Notes: generated by a model from the sequence alone, not told the origin. A stretch of DNA of 64,000 nucleotides from the human T2T-CHM13v2.0 reference genome, Homo sapiens (GCF_009914755.1 NC_060925.1), one strand, 5' to 3'. Counted from the stretch's first letter, positions 35,401 to 49,956 are shown. Made by a program: numbers and translations.

Positions 35401-37426
35401 AATGAAAACAAAGAAAGCTATGATCACGTTGGGGTGCCTCTACCACTGATATCATACCTACCTGACTTACGTCATGTTTGCTTTCCTGAAAGGACTTATG
35501 TGTTCATATTATCATGTGTTGACTTTAGAATTGCTTGCAACACAGATTTAAAAAATGTGAATCCAATTCTCTCAGTCTATGACTGACTTCTATTTTCGGT
35601 AAAAGCAATCATGTAAAGATATGTCCAAATAAAAGCCTTTCATTCCATATCCTTGGAGAACAATTCCTCAGAGACTACCTCTTCGACAGCCCTGTCTATA
35701 GTTCCTCCTCCATCTGCATTCTCCCTTCTCTCCTACCACTACCATTTCCTTTATGTGGTTCTGAATTTGTAGGATGGGTCCAAAAGGAGTTCCAAGTATT
35801 TCAGGGCTGGGAAAACCAACCAAGTTTCATGCTTCAGAACCAACGACAATGACTCGTGGGCCTTCACCAAAGCCCAATATTTCACTTGCTGCATCTACAC
35901 TCAGTACCTTTTATCCTGAGACTCAACAACATCCCCAGAGTAGGTGGCAAAAAGACTACACACTTCCTGGTTATAAGGCCCAAGATGGAAAGGATGTCAT
36001 TTACTTGCCTGAGTTGCTTCATCTGCTACCATAACTGAGATGGGGCTGCTCTGCTCTCCATGTTTGGTTGGATAGTGGGTTGAGATGATCTGGAATACTA
36101 GGATTAGCAGGTGAAATAGTTTGGTTAAAACAGCAGAAATGCCTCTGGGACAGAAACACCAACACTAGCCCTGAACACAGGTCAGATCCTAGCAAGATTC
36201 TCTTGGGTGGAAGCTATACCAATATAGCAATTTACTTGTTGTCTATAAGAGTTAACATAAGCTGCCTCCAGGGTGCTCAAAGTGCTCAACAGAGTGGCCT
36301 GGGCTTTGGGGAATTGGAGAGTTCCCCTCTTCATGTGTTCCTATGTATATATCATTTGCTATAAAAGTCAGAGATCAAGCAGGTCACTTTTACATGAATT
36401 AGTTCATGTGCCTGATTCCTAAATTCCACACATCCTTCTTTTTTTTTTTTTTTTTTTTTTTGCCCTAAGAGAAGCTCAGAGAAATAAAGAGGCTAACCCT
36501 GAGTGCCAGGGAGTTGAAAGATTGTAAGTCTCATGTATCCTGGTTTCCTGGGCCAGAAAAATAAGCACAGTCTTGCAGACAGAATATCTTTAGCCTTCAG
36601 AAAAATGTTCCTAGCAGGCAAATATGTGACTGTCCTCCTCTATATAAATCAGTATCTACATCATGTCCCAATCATGGGCATTTTGATCTGTTGGTGCCCC
36701 AACTTACTTTCAGAGAATGCATTTCACAAAAAAATTCCATCAAATCTATCAGTGAACTATAGGCAAGGAGGACTAATTAATGACCACCTGAATATACCTT
36801 TGGTTTTCTTTTTTAATTTCTTTGAACATCAGGGTTATGAGCATGGATTCATTTGCATTACTGGCTTAACTAATTTATCTGATTTTAAGGTCTACCATTA
36901 CAGAAAATTAGTTCAGAATTGTTCCTGGTTTCAAGTTCCATTTTTCTCTGGAAATAACAAATCACAGAAGAGTTTACACAAGTTAAACAAATGTAACCAA
37001 ATATACTCGTACTTCCTGAAACTGTGAATGATCTGGTGATACTGAGGAAGCAATTACAATCTTAATTGGCATCAAATTATAGGAAATTAGTTTCATGGTA
37101 AATATTCATTCTCTCTGTTATCCAATCTATTATTTGCATTAGAGATATGACATTTAGGCTGCTAGAAGGAACCCAATTTTATTTGTTTTTATAAAGCATT
37201 TTAATTGAGGATTAAAGAACAATCCTTAGTGAGGATTGCAGAAGGAGAGTTTTTGTTTTGTTCGGATAACACCAAAACAAATGCCAACCATCATCTATCT
37301 TGAATGTTAAAGTCCTCTGAATAAAAATTAGTCTTAGTTGTTCAAGCACCATTTGAGTTAGATTTAAAAGACAACCACAAGAAGAAGCAGGCCTAGTGAA
37401 AAATTTGGTAAAGTCTATAAGGGGAG

Positions 37427-37999
37427 TGTTTGGTTATCTTTTGCTGCATAACTAAGCCCCAAAATTTAGTCACCGAAATTATTATCAATTATTGTTATCT
37501 CTCATGGTTCTTTGGGTTGACTGGGCTCAGCTGTGTGGTTTTAACTTGGAATTTCTTGTGAGTTTTCAGCTGGGGCTGGAGTTATCTGAACTGACTGAGT
37601 TGGAAATCTAAGATGGATTCTTTATTCTCACGGCTGATGCCTCAGTTGAGATGGCTGGAGCAGCTGGTTGCTGGCTGGGCATCTCTCTCTCTCTCTCCAC
37701 ATGGCTAGCTTGGGTTTTCTCACAGCATGGAGGTTTCAAGACAGTTTGATTTTTACAAGGGGGTTGATACCTCCTAGAGCAAGCATTCCACAAGAGCCAG
37801 GCAGAGGTTGGAAGACACCTGTGATCCGGCCCTGGAGTCCAGGCAGCATCAGTCTGCTGTATTCTACCAGTCACAGCAGTCACAGGCTAGCACAGATTCA
37901 ATAGGGTGAAGAAACATACTCCACCTCCAGATGGAGGAACAGTGTGTATAGAAGGAGGGGAGAAATTGATGGTGGTCATCTTGAGGACAAACTACCACA
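37427..37999 (-). mobile_element. MLT1H-like MaLR solo LTR
   Basis: tgtttggttatcttttgctgcataac...ctgggctcagctg...catcttgaggacaaactaccaca. 5-bp TSD gggag/aggag. Confidence 0.85.
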
Positions 38000-38649
38000 A
38001 GGAGAATAAACAATATTTATACTTATAATGTGTCTATCAGATTACTTTGGAGGCTATTCCCACTTAGATTCTTCATATAGAAGATGTGGATATAGAAACA
38101 TGCAGATGAATCAGTCAATGCCAAGTGTTGGGGGAAACTTCCATAGTCTGAAGGTTCCCACAGAGAGGATAGCACTTCCACTCCTCTCCCATGAGGGGAA
38201 AATAAAGGAAAAAACTTTCAACCTCTCACCATAAGCTCATTCAGTCCTCCCCTTGGGAAGAGAAATGACTTACCTGAGGAATGTGCTTGGAAGTAGTTGT
38301 GCTGGTGAAACTCAGCCTCTGTGGCTTTCTCTCTCTTTCAGAGTTAGCTCTTGTCAGGATGCAAATTTATTTCTCCCTTTGGAGGACGCCTCAGTCCAGC
38401 TCAGCCAAGGACTGAAGGGCGCATCTGCCTAATTCAGGACTGGGGAATTGGGAAGTCCACTTGGCCCCCAGATCTATGACATGTTCTCGAGTCCTGAGAC
38501 CTGCTAACTCTGGTGTCTAATTTCTCAGTTGGGTCATATCTTGGGGTTATTTGTGTTCCCCAGCTCTGGCAGTAAGATTCCCAAGCACTCATTCCTTCTT
38601 AACCAATTTCTAAAGGTAAAATTTTGGTTGAAGAGTACTCTTTTCTTCC

Positions 38650-38875
38650 TGCTACCATTAATTGGGTGTTTATTTTGTGTCAGGCACTGTTCAGTATTTT
38701 ACATTTCTTAGCTGATTTGATCTTTACAGCAACTTTATATGACAGACATTGTTCCCCCATTTTTCAGGCTATAAATCTGAGGCCCAGTGCCCTACAATGG
38801 CCATGTGGTGACACAAGGCTTTGAGCACAGATGGTTGACTTCCAAAGCCTATGTTCTTAACCATTATGCCACTCT
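38650..38875 (-). mobile_element. MIR
   Basis: tgtgtcaggcactgttc...ccccatttttcag...gacttccaaagcctatgttcttaaccattatgc. Confidence 0.7.
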
Positions 38876-38974
38876 GTGTTGTGACAGCGCCAAACATACT
38901 TTCATTCATGTATATTTTTTAACTGATCATATTCTTGTGTGATTTCTTTCAGAAAGGCTTTTACATCAAATATT

Positions 38975-39150
38975 GATAACGATAATAATGATTAACACAT
39001 GTGGAGCACTTACCATCTCTCAAGCACTGCTCTAGAGCTTTCCATGAAAGAATCCCTCTAATCTTCAGAACAATCCTGTGAGGTAGGTGCTACTATTACT
39101 CTGTTTTCACAAGTAAAGAAACTAAGCACAGCAGATCCAAAGTCATGCTG
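38975..39150 (-). mobile_element. MIR
   Basis: ataataatgattaacacatgtggagcacttacc...taatcttcagaacaatcctgtgaggtagg...aagaaactaagcacag. Confidence 0.75.
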
Positions 39151-40729
39151 CAGGGTGCTGTGTAGAATGGCTCCCAGGACACTGGGAAAGCTCTTCTGCA
39201 CCCCAGTATCTTCTCTATTGGTTCATTAATGTCTGATATTCCTGCACAAGAAAACACAGCATAGAGAGAAAGCTTAATATGTATATACACTGAGAGATAA
39301 GGCATTTACCTAACATCTCATTATAGGTATTAGAAATGCAGTCTCAAGAGCAGGTTCTCGTGGGGTGACAGGCAGGGTATTCTAGGGGAAGGAACACCCC
39401 AAGAAAGGTAGCATTACAAAGGAAGAGGAGAAAGAAAGAAGTAAATGAGGAGACACTGATTTTCTTCCATTGCAAATTTTCCCAAGGCTGGCCCCTTTCC
39501 TATTACATTCTTACCCAGTAACTCATACTTTCCCTAGAGCTCTTGCAAGCAAGAACTATTGAGAAAGTAGCCCATCTGAAAGTATATTTCCTGCTGTTTA
39601 TCTGCTTCCAGAACTGGCTGAAGTTTACTTTTTGGTACTCCAGAGACCTAGCTTCTTCTTGCCTTCTTCCAATGTGGTCTATTTAATCTCCTGTCGTGTG
39701 GGAAATTATGTTCAAAATCTCCGTGATCCTCTGTCCATAGTAAGTTATGCATGTAGTGACAAGTACATGCCACAAGGTCTTGAGATTATATCTGCAATGT
39801 GTTGCTGCTGGCTGTTGATCAAGATAGGCTGGAAGAAAAACATTATTTTCAGGTGTGAAAAAGCGTCACCTTTATCAAATAATTCTTCTTGCATTTTTCC
39901 CAAGACGTTGTGGCCTATTTAAACTTGGGAGGTTAAGTTTGTAGCATTCATTATGACTGAAAATTTAGTTCACACAATCATGATGCTCTCTTTATTAGGT
40001 GTTACCGTTAAACAATATTAAAATAAACACAATGTGGCTGGTCTTTTGTAAGCTACATGGCATGTTTACTTCTTTGCCTGGCTTCTTAATTGCATTTATT
40101 CATCTTTCCGAATACCAGTGTCACTGTCACCCACAATATTTGCTGTTTTGAGTATGTGGTTTACATTTTATTTTGCCCAATGATAGAATATGATGGGGAC
40201 ATCTTATCTGAGTGTTTTGCAGTATGCTGTAGTTTGAATTCTTGGCTGTTGGTTTCCCAGAGTCCCAGCTCCTGCCACTGTATTCTGCTTTTGTAAATGG
40301 AGAATAATGGCACTAAAAGAATTTCGCCTAAGAATCTCATGACCGTGGAGAAGAAGGACCATGGAAATGCTAAAGCATACCACTCGGCTTCTGTAAATCA
40401 TGCAGAGGATCATGAAAATGATTGAAAGTAACGTATCCCAAACAAAGAAGCCAGCTGTACCATTAAAGACCTGTGTCTGGCTGTTAAAAAAAAACACACA
40501 CACACACAATGGAAAGAATAACCTTGCTATACATCTTGTTCAAAACACTGCAGCAGATTGAGTCATCTAGACCCAGTTTCAGAAGAAATGTTAAATACTG
40601 ATAGGGGCATATTCAAGACCTTTAAGATTTTTTGGGGGAGGAGGGGGGAACATAAAAAAGCAATAATAAAGATAAATTTGAATGCAGGAAAAATACACAT
40701 AATCCATGAACTCAACACCTGTTTTTGCA

Positions 40730-41090
40730 TGTTTATCATCTTTGTCCCTATGTAGATCTATGTTTTCTTTCATAGTTGGAGTCACAGAATATATACTATT
40801 CTCTAAGCTTTTATTCTTTAACATTATAGAAGAATGTTGTTCCATGTTACCACATAGCCAACTGTTTCAAAACTTGTTTAATAAATTCTGTGTTGTTGTT
40901 TTCACAGGAAGAAACAAGCACATATATATTACTTGTTGTTTGTTTTCTTCTGTTGAATCATACTCTTGGAATAAATTGTTTTCAGTGAGGTTATTGGTTC
41001 CAAAAAGTATAGACATTTTGGCTATCTTTAGTTAGTTGTATTGCTTTCCAAAGAAGTGATAGAAATTATACTTGCCACCCCAACAGTGAA
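40730..41090 (-). mobile_element. L1ME 3' fragment
   Basis: ttggagtcacagaatatatactattc...ttgctttccaaagaagtgatagaaattatacttgccacccaacagtg. Confidence 0.5.
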
Positions 41091-43169
41091 AGTGTAGTAG
41101 TTTAATTTCAATGTAACAGAGGATGCTACTGTTGCTATTATATCTTCTATTACACTGAAAATCTTTAAAATTTAAAGCAAGCTGGATTGTCTTTCAGGAG
41201 CTGCTGCCAAATCAACACCTCGATATGTTTGTTCTTGGAGAGAAATGAGCTAAGGAGGAAGACCGTCTAAAAATACCACTGGACAATTTGTACTCACTGG
41301 AGTGGTCTCTATGGGGCAAAAGGTTTTTAGAGTGGCTCGTGGATTTTCTGGCAAGTGGCAAACCATACAAGAGCTACGTCAGGCCAGGAAGACAGGTACA
41401 GCCCTGTCGGTGTCAAAGAAGAACACCGGTAGCAGAAGAGCTAAGAGTGAATGAAAATGGAATTATCTTTACTTCTAGGACTTGTCTATTGAGAAACAGC
41501 AGCGCTGGCAACCATTTACTACCAACAAGAGGCAGTTGCAAGAGAAGAATATAAAATATGCTCTGCTCAACCCCACAAAACTCAGAGTGTCTCACAATGG
41601 CCAATTTATTATTTTTACCCTGTCCAGTGACATGGAAGGATGCATCAGGGAGCTGCTAGCCTCTGCGATGAATAACTTAAGTCAGGCTGCAACATGTGAA
41701 ATAATTCAGCTGACCAGGATTTATAACACTAGCTAGATTTTTTGCTTTCTTTGGGGTTCATGAAGCATGGTGTTGTGAGATACCACAGGAGTCCCGGAGT
41801 AAAGTTACATACCTATTGCTCTTCCTTATTTTTATTTTTTGGTATTTTCATATTATTTTATTGCCTAGTCCAAATGTCTTCCTAAGCAGGGTCCAGCCTC
41901 CTAGGGGACACGTCTCTTCTGACTTTGAAAATTAGAACCACAGACAGATAAGACTTCTAAATACTCTGTTTTTATACCCTCTTCTTCACATACCTAGTCC
42001 CAGGTGGTTTTGACTCCCTGATGCTGTGTTGATTGTGTTGGCCTTCAATTTATTTTGCTCAATTATTTATGTGCATCTGCCCAAATAAGAGGTGTGGCAA
42101 TGCAGTGGCATGCTTACAATTCAGCCCATCTCACTCCCTGGTTCATATGTCAGTTTGCAGGATGGCTTGCTAGATTTGCAAAGGGGTGTGGGGGACAGTT
42201 TCCATCTGCTGCCATTGCAAAACACATCTTTCAGGGGCTACCTGGCAGGGCTGTTTTCTTTCCAGGTAAGGTTCAGGGACATTTCCATGCACTGAGTAGA
42301 GTCTGGATCTTTGTTTTCCAGGTGCCTCAGAAGACTAGGACATGGGGCAATTGCAAATCCTGGTCTTTGTACATTACATAGAACTTAGGGTAGGAAGGGA
42401 CTTCAGAAGATCATCAGGTCAAATTTCCCACTTCCTTGGAATTCTCATTTTTTAGAGGACCAATGGTTGGCAACATCCCTTTTTTGTGTTGTCATTTGGA
42501 AATTGTGTTAAAAGCCATTCTTTCACAGTTGCTCTGTGGTCCTTCCAATTTTCACTTTAACTGGGAAATTTTAATGAGATCCTTCAAGCAATTAAAAGAG
42601 TAGAAAAAATACTCACAGAAGCAGAATTTGGAGGGTAGCTATGGCTTTTCTCTGTTGACAAACCCCCTTTTGACTTCTTGACATCACTGAATCAAGTCTT
42701 AGTGTCTTGAGAGGTTACTGCCTGAATACAGGTTAGATATGTTAATATTCACTGATTGGAGGAAAGTACCATGAGCAAATCTAATGCAGGATCCTGGAAT
42801 GCTGAGGGCATTAGTGGCTCCATAAAATGTAAATGCATTCTTAATTATCTCAAGTCACTGCACGCCCAAGTAGCTCTTTTGTAAGAAAAACACAGCTTAC
42901 TGATAATGAGCATGAAAATTACTAAGAGATTGGTGGAGTAAATCTCTTAAACCTCCTTTCTTTTCTTTTCTTTTTTTCTTCTCCAAATTTTGATGTGACT
43001 TCGCTAATTTGAGTATGTGTCTCTTTTTAGATTCTACAGATAACCTTAGGGCCCCACAAGGCATTTTGGGTGATTGAAATAATAGCAGTTTGTACCTTAC
43101 GGGAACCTCTAAAGATGATGATGATTATTATTATTATCATGACTGATTTTATTGAATCTATGAGGCTTA

Positions 43170-43406
<237 letters not shown>

Positions 43407-43435
43407 TCAGGTTGTACCCACTAGTTGCAGAGTGA

Positions 43436-43740
<305 letters not shown>

Positions 43741-43814
43741 AGTGATGTTCTATTTAAATGTGTGTTTTATAGGTTGCCTCATTTTCTGGTCACAGGGTCC
43801 CCACAAAGCAAGCA

Positions 43815-43950
43815 TTATTACTTATTATTGCCATTTTTCAACGGGAAAACAGAAATACAGGAGGACAAATGACTTTCCGTTGGTCATTCAGCCTGTAAGT
43901 GGGAATTGAGAGCAGGATCTCAGGTACTCTGACCTGCTCTGTGCTCTCTC
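43815..43950 (-). mobile_element. MIR
   Basis: ttattattgccatttttcaacgggaaaacagaa...aaatgactttccgttggtcattcagcctgtaagtgg. Confidence 0.6.
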
Positions 43951-44877
43951 TTTCACTTAGCTTTCCAGTTTCTTTAAGCCAAGTATTGGAAGTGATTTGA
44001 AAGCTGCATTCTCAGCCTATTGGAAAGTGGTTCACCAGAGGTGTTTCTTCACCACTCTCATTCTTTAATGTTACCTGACACCAAAGATCTCATGATGGGA
44101 AATACTGAATGTGGATTTGGCCTGTCTGCTGACACCATCCTGTCACGCATCACAAAATTACCCAAGCTCATCCTTCTGATTGGAAGCACTTGGGTGGTGG
44201 AAGGTGGGGCCTTTGTTGATATCCCTACTACCCTCCATGAACTAAGGTATGGCTGGCCAGTGATCCTCATTGACATTTGGGGATTCTGTGTAGAATTAAG
44301 AGCATCCATTGTGAGTGCTGAGACCTGAGACAATGCACCAAGTAGGGCAGAAGTGTGTTGCATCAGTACCTTGACAATACAGTCTATTCTCTTATGTTCA
44401 AGACGTGAGCCACCACTGCTATCACACTGACCCCAAGTGGCTGCGATTTCAGCAAGATGGGAATACCAGTCACCTACCTTCTTCTTGACTGTGTTCTGCT
44501 GGGCTTCCTGATAAAAGATGTTTATTCAGAGAGAAAGAGACAGGAGAGTGAGGTGGCACACAAACTGCTATCCCAGACTTTGCCCAGGTTTTAGAGTTAA
44601 GATCTTCTTTGAAGGCTCTGAAATCTGGGACAGTCCTTACCATGACTGAAACCTGGAGAGGAGATGTGGACAGAGGATCATTTTTGTGTTAAGTCCCTAG
44701 GTGGCCCTCTTCTCTTCTTCATAACAATTTGTGTTGTGCCTGGGCCCTTGTTAAGTCCTCTTTGCATTATCTCTGGCTGTGACTAGCACAACATGTGCTC
44801 TCCTTCCACTTTCAGCCTGGAAGATCCAACTTCTGAGCCCTGAATGACAGACCAGCTTCATAATGGGAAGCTGACAC

Positions 44878-45051
44878 CAGGCTGGCTTCAAGGGCTATGA
44901 CCTGTGCAGTTGCAGAAAGCCTTGATCTCAGAAGGGTTGTGCGCTTAGTTTACAATGCTCTGCTGTTGCATCTTGAAATTCTTAATTTTTTATCAAGGAT
45001 CCCTATATTTTCATTTTGCGCTGGGTCCTACTAACTATGTAGCTCATCCTG
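44878..45051 (+). mobile_element. MER91A (hAT-Tip100 MITE)
   Basis: caggctggcttca...acctgtgcagttgcag...tgctctgctgttgcatcttgaaattcttaa...cattttgcgctgggtcct...tatgtagctcatcctg. Degenerate 8-bp TSD. Confidence 0.85.
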
Positions 45052-46599
45052 CCAACATCATTGGCTTCCCTGAGTATGAGAGTTCAGAAGAAACTTAGAT
45101 GCTATTGTCTGATTCAGTCATGGCAGCTTACAAAAAGGAATGTGGGGAGCAGTCACTGGGTGACTAGCCTGAGGTTACTCAGGAAGTTAGAGGCAGAGCT
45201 GCAATCAGGACCACTTCTCTTTACTGCTAGCTGTATGCTCTTTCTACTGCACCCTGGTCATAAAACATCTCCCAACCCAGGAACAAGTTCTACCTCGTAG
45301 GTGGGCACAGTAGCGTGATCACTCTCTCAGTCATCTGTACTCCTCCTTTGCTTTGACCAAAGAGATAGGAAGGGACCTTTTGCCCACATAAAACACCTCT
45401 CAAAGGCTTGGCAACAACAGATAATAGAGAGTGTTGGCCTAAGACCAATGTTTCAACCATGGTGTCAAACAATATTTTGTGTCAGTAAAGAAAAGCTATA
45501 TCACAAGTGGATTATTACTAATAATCAGACTAGTGGTACTTGTGAATGATTTGGTTTCATACTCACACTAGGACAACTATGCACACTGAGTATAACTGAC
45601 CTTATGAGAACATCATTCTCACTAAGATTATGATGTGCTTTCTTGTGTGGGAACTGTACATAATATTGAGTGTACCCTTGGGAGGATGTCCTGCCCTATG
45701 ATATTGTCTGTTGTGGGAAGAAGAGTGGTTGAGAACTGAGGATATATTAAACATTTACTCATCCAGATTTTTCAAGATTTACGTTAAGCCAGATCAGAAG
45801 AAAGCCATCTATTTGAATTGCATCACTCTAACCCCTTAAGTTGAACTGTCTATACGGAATTATAATTTCACAGTATGTCCAGATTACTTACCTGGAGCCA
45901 ATTTGGGGCACCAACAGGACTAGTAAAACATCTTTGCACTTTGGGTCACATTGCTATCAAAGACCTTGTACATCATGTCATTCAAGAACCTTTATATTAG
46001 GATTCTTATGGAAAATCCTTCCCAAAGTTTAACCCTATGATAAAGGGTTTTTTTCTCCTGGTAACATGGTGGACAATTGGGAACTGTTTAACCCAAGGCA
46101 TTGATTTCATTGTTTTGGTTGCCAAGAAGCATGGATGATGCTCAGAATAGGTTTTCTTGCTTTCAACTGCTAATTCCTTTATTTCTTTGATTTTTCTTTT
46201 TAAGAAATTTAATGTATTTAATAATAAATCATAAATTATCAATAGACAAATTAGCATAGAATGGTTTGGAATAATGCTTAAAGATCTCCCATTGAAAAAG
46301 ATCCCAGTACCGTAGGGTTCACAGCTGAGTGTTAACTGAACTTTAACAAATTCTGATTTCATTTAAAATGATCAAAGCCTAGAAAAAAAATTCCTGCAGA
46401 TCATATGGGGCACCTAATAACAACAACAAAAAAAAAGAAAGAGGGGTGACTTTCTCCAATTAATTTTATAGTGTAATATCAAAGCTTGATAGTTAATATA
46501 TTTCATCTAATGTAGGATGTCAATGTTTAGAAATCAGACATTATTTCATGTACCATTATAGATATACTGCCAATTAAACTGTGACTTCCTTAACAAAAG

Positions 46600-46880
46600 C
46601 AAAAAAGGGAATTTTAAAGATATTAAGAACATGCAAAGAAGAATATAAGCGCTAGACTCCCAACCCCCTCAATTAACTTGTTAATATTTTATTGTATTGG
46701 TTTTCAGTAATTATTTTTAATAAAATAAAGCATTATTAGCTAATGTTCCACTCCTGCCACCCCAATCTCATTCTCCTTCTAGGTCCCCAGGGACAATTGC
46801 TAAAATGAATTTGTTGTATATTTTAAAGTCAATTTTCTATACTTTTGCACATAAATATGTGCATTCATAAAAAGCATTTT
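46600..46880 (-). mobile_element. L1ME/L1MC 3'UTR relic
   Basis: ...cccaatctcattctccttctaggtccccagggacaattgctaaaatgaatttgttgtat... Confidence 0.4.
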
Positions 46881-47594
46881 TGTGCTGAGAAGGTAGAATA
46901 AGGCCTTCGAAGTTGTTGATGTTCAGATTCCAGTTGGCAAAAGTCTTACACATGTAGCATTAAATATTTTCAGTATTAAATATGCACATTCCACATGTTC
47001 AGCAGTTCTGTAATATACATCCAAAGTCTGCTCTGAGAAATGCTTACAACCTTAGCATAAACTCCCACTCACCCCTTTTAGAGAATAAAACTTACCCCTA
47101 TGTAATGATCAGTCTAATTACAAGGGTGTACTCTAAGAACTTTCATTCATGTATTCAGCAAGTCTTTATTGAGCACCTACACATTTCATGCCAAGGAGGT
47201 GACCTGTGTTCTCCCTACACAACAGAAGAAAGAGTGGTGGCATTGGCAAGAAAGTGCAGTGGAAAGGAGGAGCTGAATTTGTCAGGAAAAAGAATGATAT
47301 TACTTTGAATTTATCAACCCTGATGTGACATCTTAATAAAAAGTGCCATAGCCAAACCACGTTGCAAATTCTCAAAGGACAGTACCAGAGTTGAATAAAA
47401 ACTAAGTGTCCCAAATAGGAAATGGTATAGAAAGGCCTGAGGCTGGGGTATGGAGACACACGGGGTGCAGAAAATGAGGGAAGAGAAGAGGGAACAACTG
47501 CTCGGGGTGGGCTTGCATTGATGGTGAGAGATGGGTTTAACATGCATGTATAAGGACAGACATGATCAGGTTTAAAGAAAAAGAATTTTTTTTT

Positions 47595-48285
47595 CCAGCA
47601 GTCCCACTATGGGGCATTTATCTACAGGAAAGGAAATCAGCATATTTAGGAGATACCTGCACCCTCATGTTTATAGCAGCACTATTTACAGTAGCCAAGA
47701 TTAGACTCAACCTAAATGTCCAAAAACAGATAAATAGATTAAAAAGGTAGTATATATTCACAGTGGAGTACTATTTAGCCATAAAAATAATGAAATCCTG
47801 TCCTTGGCTGCAACATGGATGAACCTGGAAGACTATGTTAAGTGAAATAAGCTAGGCACAGAAAGATAAATACTGCATGTTCTCACTCATATGTGGGAGT
47901 TAAAAAAAAAAACCCGAGCTCATGGAAGTGGAGAGTAGAATTCTGGTTATTACAGGCCGGGGAGAGCAGCAGGGAGGAGGGGACAGGGAGAGGTTAGTTA
48001 ACAAATACAAACTTACAGCTAGATAGGAGAAATGAGTTCTAGTGTCTACAGCACTGTAGGGTAAAGATGGTTAGCAGTAATTTAGTGTATATTTTGAAAA
48101 AGCTAAGAGAGAATATTTTGAATGTTTACAACATGAAGAAATGATAGTTTGATGTAATGGATATGTTAGTTACTCTGATTTGATCATTATATATATAGAA
48201 ATACATATATTATATACATACATTGAGATGTCACTCTGTGTCCTATAAATAGGTACAATTACATTTCAAGTAAAAATGAAAAAAG
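47595..48285 (+). mobile_element. L1MA (L1MA5-7-like) 3' end
   Basis: ccagcagtcccactatggggcatttatc...gctagataggagaaatgagttctagtg...ggatatgttagttactctgatttgatcatta. Confidence 0.88.
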
Positions 48286-49604
48286 CAGTAAGACTGAAAA
48301 GATAGGTTTAGTATCAATTTATAGATGACTCTTGATTTAGGGAAAGGAGATAGGTAGGGGAGAGAGATTTATGTCTGAGTGCGAAGAGAAGTTTTTATTG
48401 TCTTTTGGTGAATATTGCCCAGTGAATTTCTTAGTTTAGGAGAATCACAAGGAGCTGGCAGTGTAGTGTGGGCAAGTAGCTGGAGTGACATCAGAGGTCA
48501 GCTCTGTGACTCCAGCACCAGATTATTCTTTTGTCAGGAGCTGAAGCTCACAGTCAGATGCCCATGGCAGGAGCATCAATGTATTGACACTACCACCACC
48601 ATGGGTCCATCACCCTTCAAAACCATGATAGAAAGACCAAGACATGGATGTGCAGCTAATGTTCCTGAGACGCAATGTCTCTGAAGGGCAAGAGAGCTGG
48701 TGTGATATCCAAAATAAGCATGAATAAAACCACATTTGAAGTTGTTTTCATCGGTTGGAAAGCCTGAGAGGAATCAAGATGGCTCTCCAAAAGCTTTGTA
48801 ACTTCAAACACTTCCCAGGATCCCCACTGCCATCTCTTAATGTTATTATCCAAGTTCTTTTTCCTGGACTAGCTGAGTTTATAAGCCATTTTTGAAAGTA
48901 ACTGTAGCCATATAAAACCATAGTTATAGGAAAATGCAATCTGTTGATCTCTTCATGGTAGAGTCTATATATCATTTACACTTCACTTCTCTGTGGGTGG
49001 AAAAGCTTTTTTCATGGTTTATTTAGCGGGAAGTCATTTTGATCAGCAAGATGAGTAATACTTTACAGCTGTTTGCAATTACTGCCTCTGCTCTGCCAGG
49101 AGTTTTAACTATTACACAAACTGAAATATCAAATGAGTTGATGCAAGATGGGGAGAAAAGAAATACATATTTCATAGGTCCATTCATGTCACCAGAAATT
49201 ATCCATCACTTTTTTTTTTTCAATTCTATGTCTCTAAATTCAAAGTTACATCTCAAGGTAATTTTGAATTACATAATTCCAAAGGATTTTTATCAATGAA
49301 GGGAAGTGCACCTGCTAACACTAGATTTCCTATTACCATTGGAAGGGCACCATTGCCTAAATTCCACATAGGTCTGAAGCCAGTTTGGCTAGAAGAAACA
49401 CAGGCCTTGATCTGCATATTTGTTTCTTTCAAACGCCCATTGTGAAAGTACAATGATCAAAATATTTCAGTTCCCATGAGAATAAAGTGACAAACATTGT
49501 TTCCCTTCTCATCTAACATAAACTTGATTTAACAAGTCCACATCATGGGAAATTTAGGAGCCCTTTGTACACTGTCAATTAGATTGGCAAGTAACCGATT
49601 TATT

Positions 49605-49830
49605 CAGAGGAAGAGCTGGGCGTTAGTGAAGGACAGATCTAGGTTTAAATCCTGACTCTCTCACTTCCTTGCTGTGTGACTTTGGGCAAGTTGCTTATTG
49701 CATAAAATGTTAAAATGTGCATAATAATAGTACAATCTAGCTCACGCAGTTGTGAGAATTAAATGAGATAATTGATATAAAGTATTTAGTACAGCTGCCT
49801 AGCACAGATTAAAGTCTTCCATAAATGGTA
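49605..49830 (+). mobile_element. MIR
   Basis: gacagatctaggtttaaatcctgactc...tgtgtgactttgggcaagttgctta...gttgtgagaattaaatgagataa. Confidence 0.85.
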
Positions 49831-49956
49831 GCAATGATCTTTCAAGAAATAATTCTTCATAATTTTAAGGAAAGGATCACGCTCATTATTTTCTTCCTTC
49901 CCAATCTTTCTAACATGGGCCCACATAAAATGTGTCCCCCTCTGTCAACATCCCTT

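Noticed and set aside
36533-37027. 164-aa ORF in unique sequence (also 15400-15870, 52716-53243, 54126-54566)
   Set aside because: No recognisable domains; lengths are compatible with chance or with low-complexity/repeat origin.
40481-40508. Duplicated CFTR exon 9 segment
   Set aside because: Only the acceptor motif matches. The downstream sequence is not GGATTTGGGGAATTATTTGAG.
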